Source: Anaeramoeba ignava BMAN (Eukaryota; Protista; Anaeramoebae). From it: 64,000 bases of DNA. The notes under the pieces were generated by a model. The model was not told where the DNA came from. It saw nothing but the letters and a program-made list of their open reading frames with translations, and ran no database searches. Below, in pieces: positions 53,487-64,000 of this stretch. The stretch covers positions 186,001-250,000 of the forward strand of contig JAPDFW010000082.1 in the NCBI GenBank assembly GCA_028826165.1, given 5' to 3'. Numbering within the stretch: the first letter of the stretch is position 1; each line of letters opens with the position of its first letter. A program made the translations under genes and the position numbers.

Positions 53487-54211
53487 TTATTTTTGTCCTT
53501 GAATTGTAATAATTATTTTGCGTTTTCTTGCAGAGTCACGATGTTCATTTAGATAAATACCTTGCCATGTTCCAAGACCTAATTCACCTTTTACAATTGG
53601 AATTGTTAAAGAAGCACCAAACATTGAAGATTTAAAATGGGCTAACAAAATTAAATCCAAAATATAAAATTCAAATATAAATTAAAATCAAAATTAAAAT
53701 CAAATATAAATTAAATCCAAATTAAAATTAAAATCCAAAATCAAATATAAATTAAATCCAAAATATAAAATTAAATCAAAATTAAAATTAAAATCCAAAA
53801 TCAAATATAAATTAAAATTAAAATTAAATTTAAATTTAAATCAAATATAAATTAAAAACCTGGCATATCATCTTTTCCTTCATAACTATGAATATATGAA
53901 GTTCCATCAGGAACTAATTTATTAGAAATATTTTCCATATCATCTCTAACAGATGAATCAAAGTTTTCATTAATTGTTAAAGATGCACTTGTATGTTTTA
54001 CTTTTAAGAGAAAATGATTTAAATTTTAAAATTTAAATTTGAATTTAATTTTTTTATTGTTACAAAAAATATTCACTAATCCAACAGATATTTTATTTAT
54101 TGAATTATTAATTTCTTTTGTAATAACATCAGTTATAAGATGAAAACCTCTCTTGTATGGACCAAGAGAAATTGTTGTTTGAAAAAAAATACAAACACTT
54201 TGAACTTCCAT
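53487..54211 (-). CDS. yjbQ: UPF0047/YjbQ family protein (secondary thiamine-phosphate synthase-like), 2 introns
   Basis: [35 protein letters not shown] and [13 protein letters not shown] motifs. Confidence 0.95.
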
Positions 54212-54300
54212 TAAAAAAAAATTGAAAAAAAATGAAATGAAAAAAAAATCATTTTTCTTTTTTTTCTTTTTTTCTCTTTCTTTTCTTTTAAAATTATAAA

Positions 54301-54765
54301 ATGTTTAGACAACAACAAGTTTCAAAAAAATGGGTAGTTTATGAATTGATGTTAATATCTTTTGTGGGTTTAACTTTATCTCTATTTTCAGAAATACCCA
54401 AAACCGTTGATATAACAATTATAAATATGACTTTACCATTTTGTTCTTATGAAAACAATCCATTTCAACAACAAAATTGTTCAAATGAAAAAAATCATTT
54501 GTATATTGTAAAAAATCTTTTGAAATCAAATTCTAACAATAACGACAATAGCTCTTCAAGTGAATTGTTGATCAAAAGACCTTTGGGAATTGCTTTGAAT
54601 ATTTTTTATGATTTTTTATTTGTTGTTTCTATTATTTGGAGAATTTCAATAAGAGGAAAGCCTGGTAAAATTGTTTGGGATTTTGGAACACAACTTGAAA
54701 AATCTCCGTTATTGAATTCTACTTTTGATGATGATTTTGATGCATATCGAGAATTGTTTAATTAG
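54301..54765 (+). CDS. Hypothetical 154-aa protein with two TM segments
   Basis: Complex-sequence ORF after a TCATTTT motif; two hydrophobic stretches flank a loop with Cys and N-glycosylation sequons. Confidence 0.6.
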   Translation: MFRQQQVSKKWVVYELMLISFVGLTLSLFSEIPKTVDITIINMTLPFCSYENNPFQQQNCSNEKNHLYIVKNLLKSNSNNNDNSSSSELLIKRPLGIALNIFYDFLFVVSIIWRISIRGKPGKIVWDFGTQLEKSPLLNSTFDDDFDAYRELFN

Positions 54766-55107
54766 TTTTATTGAAATAATTTTTTTTTTTTCAATTTATT
54801 TTCCCAAAAAGAAAATTATTTTTTTTTTGGGGAATTTATTTAAAGATTTTGAAAGTAAATTATTTTATTTACAAAAAAAAAAAGAAATGAATAATAAATT
54901 TCTTTTGTTTTCTTTTGTTTTCAAATTAAAAATTTTTTTTCAAAATTTAAATTTTGATTATGGCTTTTTATTCAAATATCAAAAAAAGGAACTGAAATCG
55001 AACAAAAAAAAAAAAGGGAAAAAGAAAAAGCCATTTATGTTTGTTGAACCAAAATTAAAAGAATGATTTTCATCAAAAAAAAAATTGAAATTAATTATTC
55101 ACAAAAA

Positions 55108-58100
55108 TTATTTGTGAAATCTTAAAATTTTGTTTTTAGATCTGTCTCTTGGTTTAATTATTAATATTATTAAAGTTAATCCAATTATTCCCATGAGGAT
55201 ATCAGTAAAAACTTTCCAAACAACTCTAAAACCTTGTAAATTTGTAACTTGAACACCATAAAGCACTATAAAATTAAAATTCATTTATAAAATAAAAATT
55301 CATTTATAAAATTAAAATTAAAATTAAAATTAAATAAGAAAGTAAATTTACTATCAAAGGAGGTTAATCTTGCATAATCAGCAAATGCCATTGCACAAAA
55401 TTGAGAAACTGTGATTGAAGATAATAAAATTAAAGCAGTATTAAAAAGTAAAGAACTCATAATTGTTCCATTAATTCTAATCAAAAAGAAATTTGAATAT
55501 TGTAAATATAAATATAAATATAAATATAAATGTAAATATAATTGTAAATATAATAAAATAAATGTAAATATAAATATAAAAATAAAAATAAAAACATAAA
55601 ATTAAATATAAATATAAAATATAAATATAAATTTAATTATAAATATAAATATAAATATAAATATAAATATAAATATAAATATAAATATAAATATAAATAT
55701 AAATTTAAATATAAATATAAATATAAATATAAATATAAATATAAATATAAATATAAAATATAAATATAAATATAAATATAAATATAAATATAAATATAAA
55801 TATAAATATAAATATAAATATAAATATAAATATAAATATAAATATAAATATAAATATAAATATAAATATAAATATAAATATAAATATAAATATAAATATA
55901 AATATAAATATAAATATAAATTTAATTATAAATATAAATATTTAAAATATAAAATTTACCTCATTGGATGAACTGAAAAAAAGAAAATTCTAAAACCAAA
56001 TTTCACATTTCCTTTGACAACAGCCCATAAAAGATAAAAAGAAAATATTCCATAAGTAATTGCTCCAAATAGTGAAAAAGCATCATCAAGTGAATTTAAG
56101 TAATTATTCATAAATAAAGAAATTGGTTTTTTTGGAAGCATATAAAGAATAATGTGAAGAATCCAAATTATAGAAACAACTAACGATACAATTCCAAGAA
56201 GTAGTTTTAAAAAATGTTTAACAGGACTACCTCCAAATTCTTTATAAGCAAGATTTAAATTTTTATAATCTTCTTCTAAAAAGAAAACTGCTTTTCTAAA
56301 TTCGTTATATTTTCTTCTTTGTTTCATTTTTGAACCTTTTCCTATTCTTCTGCTTTCGTCAATTTTTCTTGCATCAAGTAATAAATCTGATGCTCTTCTG
56401 TTGATATCTGTCTTATATCTTGCATATCTTTAAATAAAATTAAAATTAAAATTAAAATTAAAATTAAAATTAAAATTAAAATTAAAATTAAAATTAAAAT
56501 TAAAATTAAAATTAAAATTAAAATTAAAATTAAAATTAAAATTAATATTAAAATTAAAATTAATATTAAAATTAATATTAAAATTAAAATTAAAATTAAA
56601 ATTAAAATTAAAATTAAAATTATTATTAAAATTAAAATTAAAATTAAAATTATTATTAAAATTATTATTAAAATTAAAATTAAAATTAAAATTAAAATTA
56701 AAATTAAAATTAAAATTAAATATTAAAATTAAAATTAAAATTATTATTAAAATTATTATTAAAATTAAAATTAAAATTAAAATTGAAATTAAAATTAAAA
56801 TTAAAATTAAATATTAAAATTAAAATTAAAATTAAAATTAAAATTAAATTACTGTTCTAATTTTATTCTTCTTGGTCTATGAACCCAACCCAGAATCAAA
56901 TCTAAAGGAATAGCAATAATTCCAATACCACCAAACAACATAAACAAAAGCCAACCAGCAAAACTTAAAATTGCAATGATATAAACAACCACACTAACTT
57001 TTACATCCCAAAAACCATATTTTCTAGAGCAATTAAGTGTGCAAGGAGTAGTTTGTACAGGATCTGTTTCGGGAATAGTTCCTCCTTGAAGTAATGTAAC
57101 TTCTATTTCAGCTTTACCAACAAATAAATATAATAAGATAATAATCAGTGCAAATATAAAGAAAGTAATAAAAGTCCAAATAATTGCTCTTCTTATAGGA
57201 TGTCTAATTTATATAAAAAAAATAAAAAAATTATTATAAAATTATTATTAAAATTATTATTTAATTTATTATAAAATTATTATTAAAATTATTATTAAAA
57301 TTATTATTAAATTTATTATTAAATTGATTATTAAATTTATTATTAAATTTATTATTAAATTTATTATTAAAATTATTATTAAATTTATTATTAAAATTAT
57401 TATTAAATTTATTATTAAAATTATTATTAAAATTATTATTAAAATTATTATTAAATTTATTATTAAAATTATTATTAAATTTATTATTAAATTTATTATT
57501 AAATTTATTATTAAATTTATTATTAAAATTATTATTAAATTTATTATTAAAATTTATTATTAAATTTATTATTAAATTTATTATTAAAATTATTATTAAA
57601 TTTATTATTAAAATTATTATTAAATTTATTATTAAATTTATTATTAAATTTATTATTAAAATTATTATTAAATTTATTATTAAATTTATTATTAAAATTA
57701 TTATTAAATTGATTATTATATTTTATTATTAAATTTATTATTATATTTATTATTAAAATTATTATTATATTTATTATTAAATTTATTATTATATTTATTA
57801 TTAAATTTATTATTATATTTATTATTAAAATTATTATTATATTTATTATTAAATTTATTATTAAATTTATTATTAAATTATTATTAAAAATATTATTAAA
57901 TTTATTATTAAAATTATTATTAAAAATTATTATTAAAATATATTATTAAATTTATTATTAAATTTATTATTATATTTATTATTAAAATTATTATTAAAAT
58001 TATTATTAAATTTATTATTAAATTTATTATTAAAATTATTATTAAATTTATTATTAAATTTATTATTAAATTTATTATTAAAATTATTATTAAAATTATT

Positions 58101-58988
58101 ATTAAAATTATTATTATATTTATTATTAAAATTATTATTAAATTTATTATTAAATTTATTATTAAATTTATTATTAAATTTATTATTAAAATTTATTATT
58201 AAATTTATTATTAAAATTATTATTAAATTTATTATTATATTTAATTATTAAATTTATTATTAAATTTATTATTAAATTTATTATTAAATTTATTATTAAA
58301 TTTATTATTAAATTTATTATTAAATTTATTATTATATTTATTATTATATTTATTATTAAAATTATTATTAAATTATTATTAAATTTATTATTAAAATTAT
58401 TATTAAATTTGAAAAAAAGTTTTCTTGAAATTTATTATTAAAATTATTATTAAAATTATTATTAAATTTGAAAAAAAGTTTTCTTGAAATTTATTATTAA
58501 AATTATTATTATATTTATTATTAAATTTATTATTAAATTTGAAAAAAAGTTTTCTTGAAATTTAATTTAATTTAATTTAATTGATTTTAGTTACCTTCCA
58601 TCATCAACATTTTCATAGTAAAAAATAGAGAAAGGAATTATAACAAGAACAAATCCAGCAGTTGCCATCAAAAATATCTCGAGAGCTATAAATATATTTA
58701 ACCCTCCTTGTGTATTTCTGTTTATAACATCCATTGGAAGCAAAAGAACATTAAAACAAGATAAACTTAGACCAAGAATGACTACAATTTTAGGAAACCA
58801 AGCAGTATTTTTATCCTCTTTTTATTTTTCATAATTGAATTTTTATTTTAAATTTTTTTTATTTTTTTTTTTTTTAATTTTTTTTTTAGTCAACCTTCGT
58901 GTTGGAAATAAACTAAGAAATATAATGAACCAATAACCACTAATACGAAGAGAACAATCATAGTAATCAAAAGGATAATATTTATCAT
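55108..58988 (-). CDS. LMBR1-like (LIMR family) membrane protein, multi-exon
   Basis: [26 protein letters not shown]...[28 protein letters not shown] and [16 protein letters not shown] motifs. Confidence 0.9.
57230..58570. repeat. Intronic ATTATTAAATTT 12-mer satellite (also AAATAT 55500-55950 and AAAATT 56430-56850 in the same gene)
   Basis: Directly visible. Confidence 0.9.
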
Positions 58989-59146
58989 TTTTTTTTTACT
59001 TGATTAATTAATCTCGATATAAAAATAAAAAGAAAGAAAAAAAGATGAAAGAAAAAGAAAAAGAAAAAAGAAAAAGGAAAAAATGATTTTTTTCAACTCT
59101 TTTTTTTTTTAAAAAATTTTTTTCTATTATTTTTTTTTATTCTATT

Positions 59147-61371
59147 CTAATTTCTTTTTTTTCTTGAAAAAAGATAAAGAGTTAAAGAAGAAAAAAATGA
59201 AAAACCAGAAAAAACAAAAATCATAACTGAATGATTTTGAATTTTTTGAAAAACAGCTGAAGAAATAGGAGGAACACATAAACAAGCACATGTTGTGAAA
59301 ATTTGGAGTAATCCTAAATAAACTCCAAAATTTTGTGATCCAAATCTTTCTCCAACAATTGTTGGAATTATTGATAATACTGTCCCGAATCCAAATCCAA
59401 TTAAACAAAGAAAAATAAATCGAAAAAGATCAATAGTTATTCCTTTTTTTGTGATTATTGTTAAAATTGCCAAAATAACTAAATCAAGAAACATAAAAAA
59501 TTGGATAATCATAAGATAATTTTCTCTTGTTGATCCTTTTCGCTATTTTTTATTAAAAAATATTTTGAATAATTTTTTTTTGTTTTGGATTAAACTTGAT
59601 TTTTACTTTAAATAAGTCAGAAAAAATTCCACTAAGAATTCCTCCACAAGCATTTGATAATGAAAATGCTGTTAAAAGTACTTCTCCCCAATTTTTTTCT
59701 GAATTATATGATTCCCAAATAGAATGTGCACCTAATAAATAAGAAATTTAATTAATCATTTTGTTTTAAAAAAAAAATTAAATTTTTCTTTAATAAAAAT
59801 ACCAGCAATAACAAATATTCCATAACCAACTCCTGTAAAAAAATTAAGTGCAAGAATATAGAAGAATTTGTTTTTAAAAACCAAAAAACTTTGTCGAAAA
59901 GTAATTTTTTGATTATTTTGGAGATTTAAGTTTTGATTTTGATTTTGATTTTTTTTTGGATTTAATGGAATTTTTTCGAGATCTTGATCATTTTCATTTT
60001 CATTTTCAATTTCATTATTTTGATTTTGATTATGATTTTGATTTTTATTTTGATTTTTATTTTGATTTTGATTTTTATTTTGATTTTTATTTTGATTTTG
60101 ATTTTGATTTTGATTTTGATTTTGATTTTGATTTTGATTTTGATTTTGATTTTGATTTTGATTTTGATTTTGATTTTGATTTTGATTTTTATTTTGATTT
60201 TGATTTTCATTTTCATTTTCATTTTCATTTTGATGAATATTTTCCGATTCATCATTAACTGTTGTTTCATCAGATAATTTTTTATAAAATTGTTTCTTTT
60301 CTCGATAATGAATAAAACTTAAAGGAAAAATAAATATAAAAGAAAGAATTGCAATTAATCGAAGATCATTCTTCCAACAATTATCAGAATCACAATTAAC
60401 AATTTTTTCATAAGCTATCAAAACAATCAGGAAAATAAAAGAAGAAAAAAGAATAATAAATAATAAAGAATAACGAAAATGAAGAAATAATTGAATGAAT
60501 AAAAGGAAAGACATTTTGATGAAATTATCTTTTAAAAAGTTAATAATAAAAATAACAAATATTGATATAGCATTAAGACAATAAAATCCATTAAAAAACA
60601 TTCCACACATTGAAAAATCAGGACAACAAGCCCCATTGATAAACTCATTGCACTTCCAACGCAAGCAACCGAAAAACCACGAAATTTTTCTGAACTTGCT
60701 TTGACTGCAGTTCCCAAAGAAACAATAAAAGAAAAACCAAGTCCAAAACCAACAATAACAAAGAAAAAACTCATTGAAAATTTTCCTGGTATAAAAGACA
60801 TAAGCAAATAACCTCCAGAAGCAAGAATTGAGCCTAAAATGCTTGTAAATCTTGGTCCAATTCGATCATATAAAATACCTGCTGGAATAGTAAAATATAA
60901 ACCAACCATTCCATAAGATGCTAATTGACTCATAAAATTTTCACTATAATTTTGATCATCTTTGATTTTCGAATTTAAATGATTAAAAGCATTCTTAAAA
61001 TTTAATTTTGATTTTAATTTTAATTTTAATTTTAATTTTGGATTTAATTTTAAATTTTAAATTTATAAATGAATTTTAATTTTGATTTAAATTTATAAAT
61101 GAATTCTAATTTTGGATTTTGATTTTAATTTTGTATTTGATTTTGATTTAAATTTAATTTTATAAATGAATTTTAATTTTAATTTTAATTTTAATTTTAA
61201 ATTTTGATTTTAATTTTGGATTTAATTTTGATTATAATTTTAAATTTTAATTTTAATTTTAATTTTAATTTTAATTTTAATTTAAATTCTCACTGGTGAA
61301 CCACAAAATAATGATATTAAAATAGCTGAAATTATTTGAATTTTTTTATAAAAACTAAAATTTTTATTCAT
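59147..61371 (-). CDS. MFS transporter (nodulin-like / Mch1-type), multi-exon (including introns 60994-61293 and 60415-60608)
   Basis: MFS motif A AGILYDRIGPR; PTIVGERFGSQNFGVYLG; NQ-rich central loop; about 12 TM. Confidence 0.85.
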
Positions 61372-61441
61372 TTAAAAGAAAAAAAATAAAAAGAAAAAAT
61401 GAAAAAAAAAAGAAAAAAATTTTTTTTTTGTTTTTTAATTC

Positions 61442-61522
61442 TCTTCCTCAGAAAAATATGTCTTTCTAATCAAGGATAATTCATATGTCCCTATCTTGAC
61501 ATTGTTATTCATCATAGAAAGA
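61442..61522 (-). ncRNA. Box C/D snoRNA, snR64/SNORD74-like guide for LSU rRNA 2'-O-methylcytidine
   Basis: Minus strand: C box ATGATGA (61515-61509), guide AGATAGGGACA (61496-61486), D' ATGA (61484-61481), C' TTGATTA, D box CTGA (61451-61448), terminal stem TCTTTC/GGAAGA. The guide is complementary to conserved LSU UGUCCCUAUCU. Confidence 0.85.
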
Positions 61523-61663
61523 AAAGAAAAAAAAAACACAAAACTTTTTTATTATTAAAAATTAATTATAAAAAATTTGAAATGAAAAAAATGAAAAAAA
61601 TTTTTTCCTTTTTTTTTTTCATTTTTTTATTTTTTATTTTAAAAAAAATTAAGTAAATTAAAA

Positions 61664-62266
61664 ATGGAACCATTTCGTTATCGAATTGGAAAAACAGTTC
61701 CATTACAGTTAACAGAAATCAAATCTTTTATTGAACCATTATTTTATACAATAATTTTTCAAAGAGATATTTATAATTCAGAATACAAAACAATATCAAG
61801 TGATATTATGGACTTAGAATATCCAAAAACCGAAGAAAAAACAATAAAGAGTTTAGTTGAAAAAAAAACAAAGGATATAGCTGACTTTTTTAATGGTAAT
61901 TCGAAGGAACAAGAATGTCTTGTTATAGTTTCAACACAAAATGAAATTTGGGAATTAATTATTCAAATTGAAAAAGAAAAAAAACAAAAATATGGTGTTT
62001 CTATTGAATTAAGTGAGAAAAGAAGAGAAGAACTTACTGAAAATGCTAAACAAATTATAATCGAACTTGTTTCTCAGACACAATTAAATTCAAAATCTAT
62101 TGCTCATCTTCCAAAACCTGAATTCAAAGTAATTAAGAATCATTTCAATTTTAGATCCAAATAATTTTCTAATTAAAAATTATTTTTTCAATTATAGATT
62201 GAAACTCCTAAAGAAAAAAGAAGTGGCTTTTCTTTATTTGAAATACTTCCAATAACTCAAAAATAA
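61664..62266 (+). CDS. ATG101: ATG101-like HORMA-domain protein (intron 62129-62197)
   Basis: LFYTIIFQR, DIMDLEYPK, WE and IIIELVS...HLP follow the ATG101 pattern (HTIxFxR, DxTY, WExW, IIExxN..YLP). Confidence 0.55.
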
Positions 62267-62269
62267 AAA

Positions 62270-63020
62270 ATATTTAAAAATAAAAATATCTAAAAATATC
62301 TAAAAATATCTAAATATCTAAAAATATCTAAAAATATCTAAATATCCAAATATTCAAAAATAAAAATATTTAAATATCCAAATATCTAAATATCTAAATA
62401 TCTAAATATCTAAATATCTAAAAATATCCAAAAATATCTAAATATCTAAATATCTAAAAATATTCAAAAATATCACAATTTAAAAATAAAAATATTTAAA
62501 AATAAAAATATCTAAATATCTAAATATCTAAATATCTAAATATCTAAAAAATAAAAATATTTTAAATATTTAAAAATAAAAATATCTAAATATCTAAATA
62601 TTCAAAAATAAAAATATCTAAATATATCTAAATATCTAAATATCTAAATATCTAAATATCCAAATATCCAAAAATAAAAATATTTAAAAATATTCAAAAA
62701 TAAAAATATCTAAATATCCAAATATCTAAAAATAAAAATATTTAAAAATAAAAATATCTAAATATCTAAATATTCAAAAATAAAAATATCCAAAAATATC
62801 TAAAAATATCTAAAAATATCCAAAAATATCCAAATATTTAAAAATAAAAATATCCAAAAATAAAAATATCTAAATATTAAAATATCTAAAAATATCCAAA
62901 AATAAAAAATATCTAAAAATAAAAATATCACAATTCAAAAATAAAAATATCTAAATATTCAAAAATAAAAATATCTAAATATCCAAATATCTAAAAATAA
63001 AAATATTCAAAAATATCTAA
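62270..63020. repeat. AAATATCT / AAAATAAAAATAT intergenic repeat
   Basis: Directly visible. Confidence 0.9.
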
Positions 63021-63118
63021 AATCGGATAAATTTTGTTTTAAAAAAGCAAACAAAAAAATATTTGAAAATAAATGAAATTAAAAAAAAAATCATTTTTTT
63101 TCTTTTGGAAAAATTAAA

Positions 63119-63967
63119 ATGAAATTTTTCTTATTCACTTTATTGATCTTATTTACATTTCAACAACAAACAGATTATATAACATTTCCCATTTCGAAAA
63201 CCACAAACCCAACACCAATAATTAAGCACACAATTATAAATCAAGAAAACAAAGAAAATGAAAAAAACACAACTGGAAATTTATTTATAATTCAAAATCC
63301 GATTAATCATTTCCATTTTCTTCCACCAAATGGAGGATGTCCAGGAATGGTAAGAACAACCGAAACAGCGAAAACAAACAATTGCACTCTTGCGACTAAT
63401 GCAGGATTTTTTGATATGGTAACTGGAGAATGCTTAGGAAATTTCATATCAAATGGAGAAATTATCCAACATTTATCATTCAAAAGATCTAATTTTGGAT
63501 TGACAAAAGATGGAAATTATTTATTTGGATATTTGCAAGATCAAGATGTTTTGGATTTAGGGTTTAACGACTTAGTTTCAGGTTCTGTTTGGCTTGTTAG
63601 AAATGGAAAATCTTATGTTGAAGAGTCTGTTAAAATTGAGCAACCTAGTTCAAATTTTGTGACTGAAAAAGCACCTCGTGTTGCAATTGGTCATGACAAA
63701 TCTGGGTTTTTGATGATTTTGGCTGTTAATGGTTTGGAGAGTGATGATTATGGTTTGGATCTTTATCAATTTGCTGATCTTTCTATTTCTCTTGGTTTTG
63801 TTAATGCTTTAAATCTTGATGGAGGTGGAAGTGAAACTGCTTGGTTTCAAAATAAAATTTGGAATACTTGTTCTGATTTGTGTACTTCAAAAGATATCCA
63901 ATTTCATTGTCCTAATACACAAATTAGATGCCAACGAGCTGTTACAACAATAACTTGTGTGAAATGA
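63119..63967 (+). CDS. NAGPA: Phosphodiester glycosidase, NAGPA/uncovering-enzyme family (DUF2233), secreted
   Basis: Signal peptide; GGC, C..ATNAGFF..GECLGN, APRVAIG and ALNLDGGGS motifs; ends CQRAVTTITC with no TM. Confidence 0.85.
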   Translation: MKFFLFTLLILFTFQQQTDYITFPISKTTNPTPIIKHTIINQENKENEKNTTGNLFIIQNPINHFHFLPPNGGCPGMVRTTETAKTNNCTLATNAGFFDMVTGECLGNFISNGEIIQHLSFKRSNFGLTKDGNYLFGYLQDQDVLDLGFNDLVSGSVWLVRNGKSYVEESVKIEQPSSNFVTEKAPRVAIGHDKSGFLMILAVNGLESDDYGLDLYQFADLSISLGFVNALNLDGGGSETAWFQNKIWNTCSDLCTSKDIQFHCPNTQIRCQRAVTTITCVK

Positions 63968-64000
63968 TTTTTGGATACGAATATTTGAATAAAAATCAAA

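Overview
Very AT-rich eukaryotic (protist) nuclear DNA with the standard genetic code, GT-AG introns and about 25 densely packed genes. Many introns and 3' regions are filled with simple repeats, and many proteins carry N/Q-rich tracts. The style (TCATTTT initiator-like motif, RGS+DUF547 fusion, N/Q tracts) suggests a free-living amoeboid protist such as the metamonad Anaeramoeba; this is an inference only. Order: a partial gene; a repeat-decayed ORF; six tandem paralogues encoding PPxY-repeat + C2-domain + CaaX proteins (2.5-15.4 kb); SAPS/PP6 regulatory subunit; 5-LIM protein; major vault protein (one frameshift); SLC35B4-like transporter; divergent H2A.X-like histone; thioredoxin-fold membrane protein; E2F/DP-like winged-helix protein; FEX fluoride exporter; IST1; PAS-coiled-coil-RGS-DUF547 protein; intronless bacterial-type aminoglycoside phosphotransferase; GATAD1-like protein; a ~146-bp tandem satellite; YjbQ; a small 2-TM protein; LIMR/LMBR1; MFS transporter; a box C/D snoRNA (snR64/SNORD74-like); ATG101-like; NAGPA-like. 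The best leads are the PY-C2-CaaX family, the 146-bp satellite, the snoRNA, the H2A variant and the APH horizontal-transfer candidate. All homology calls come from motif recognition by eye, not database searches.
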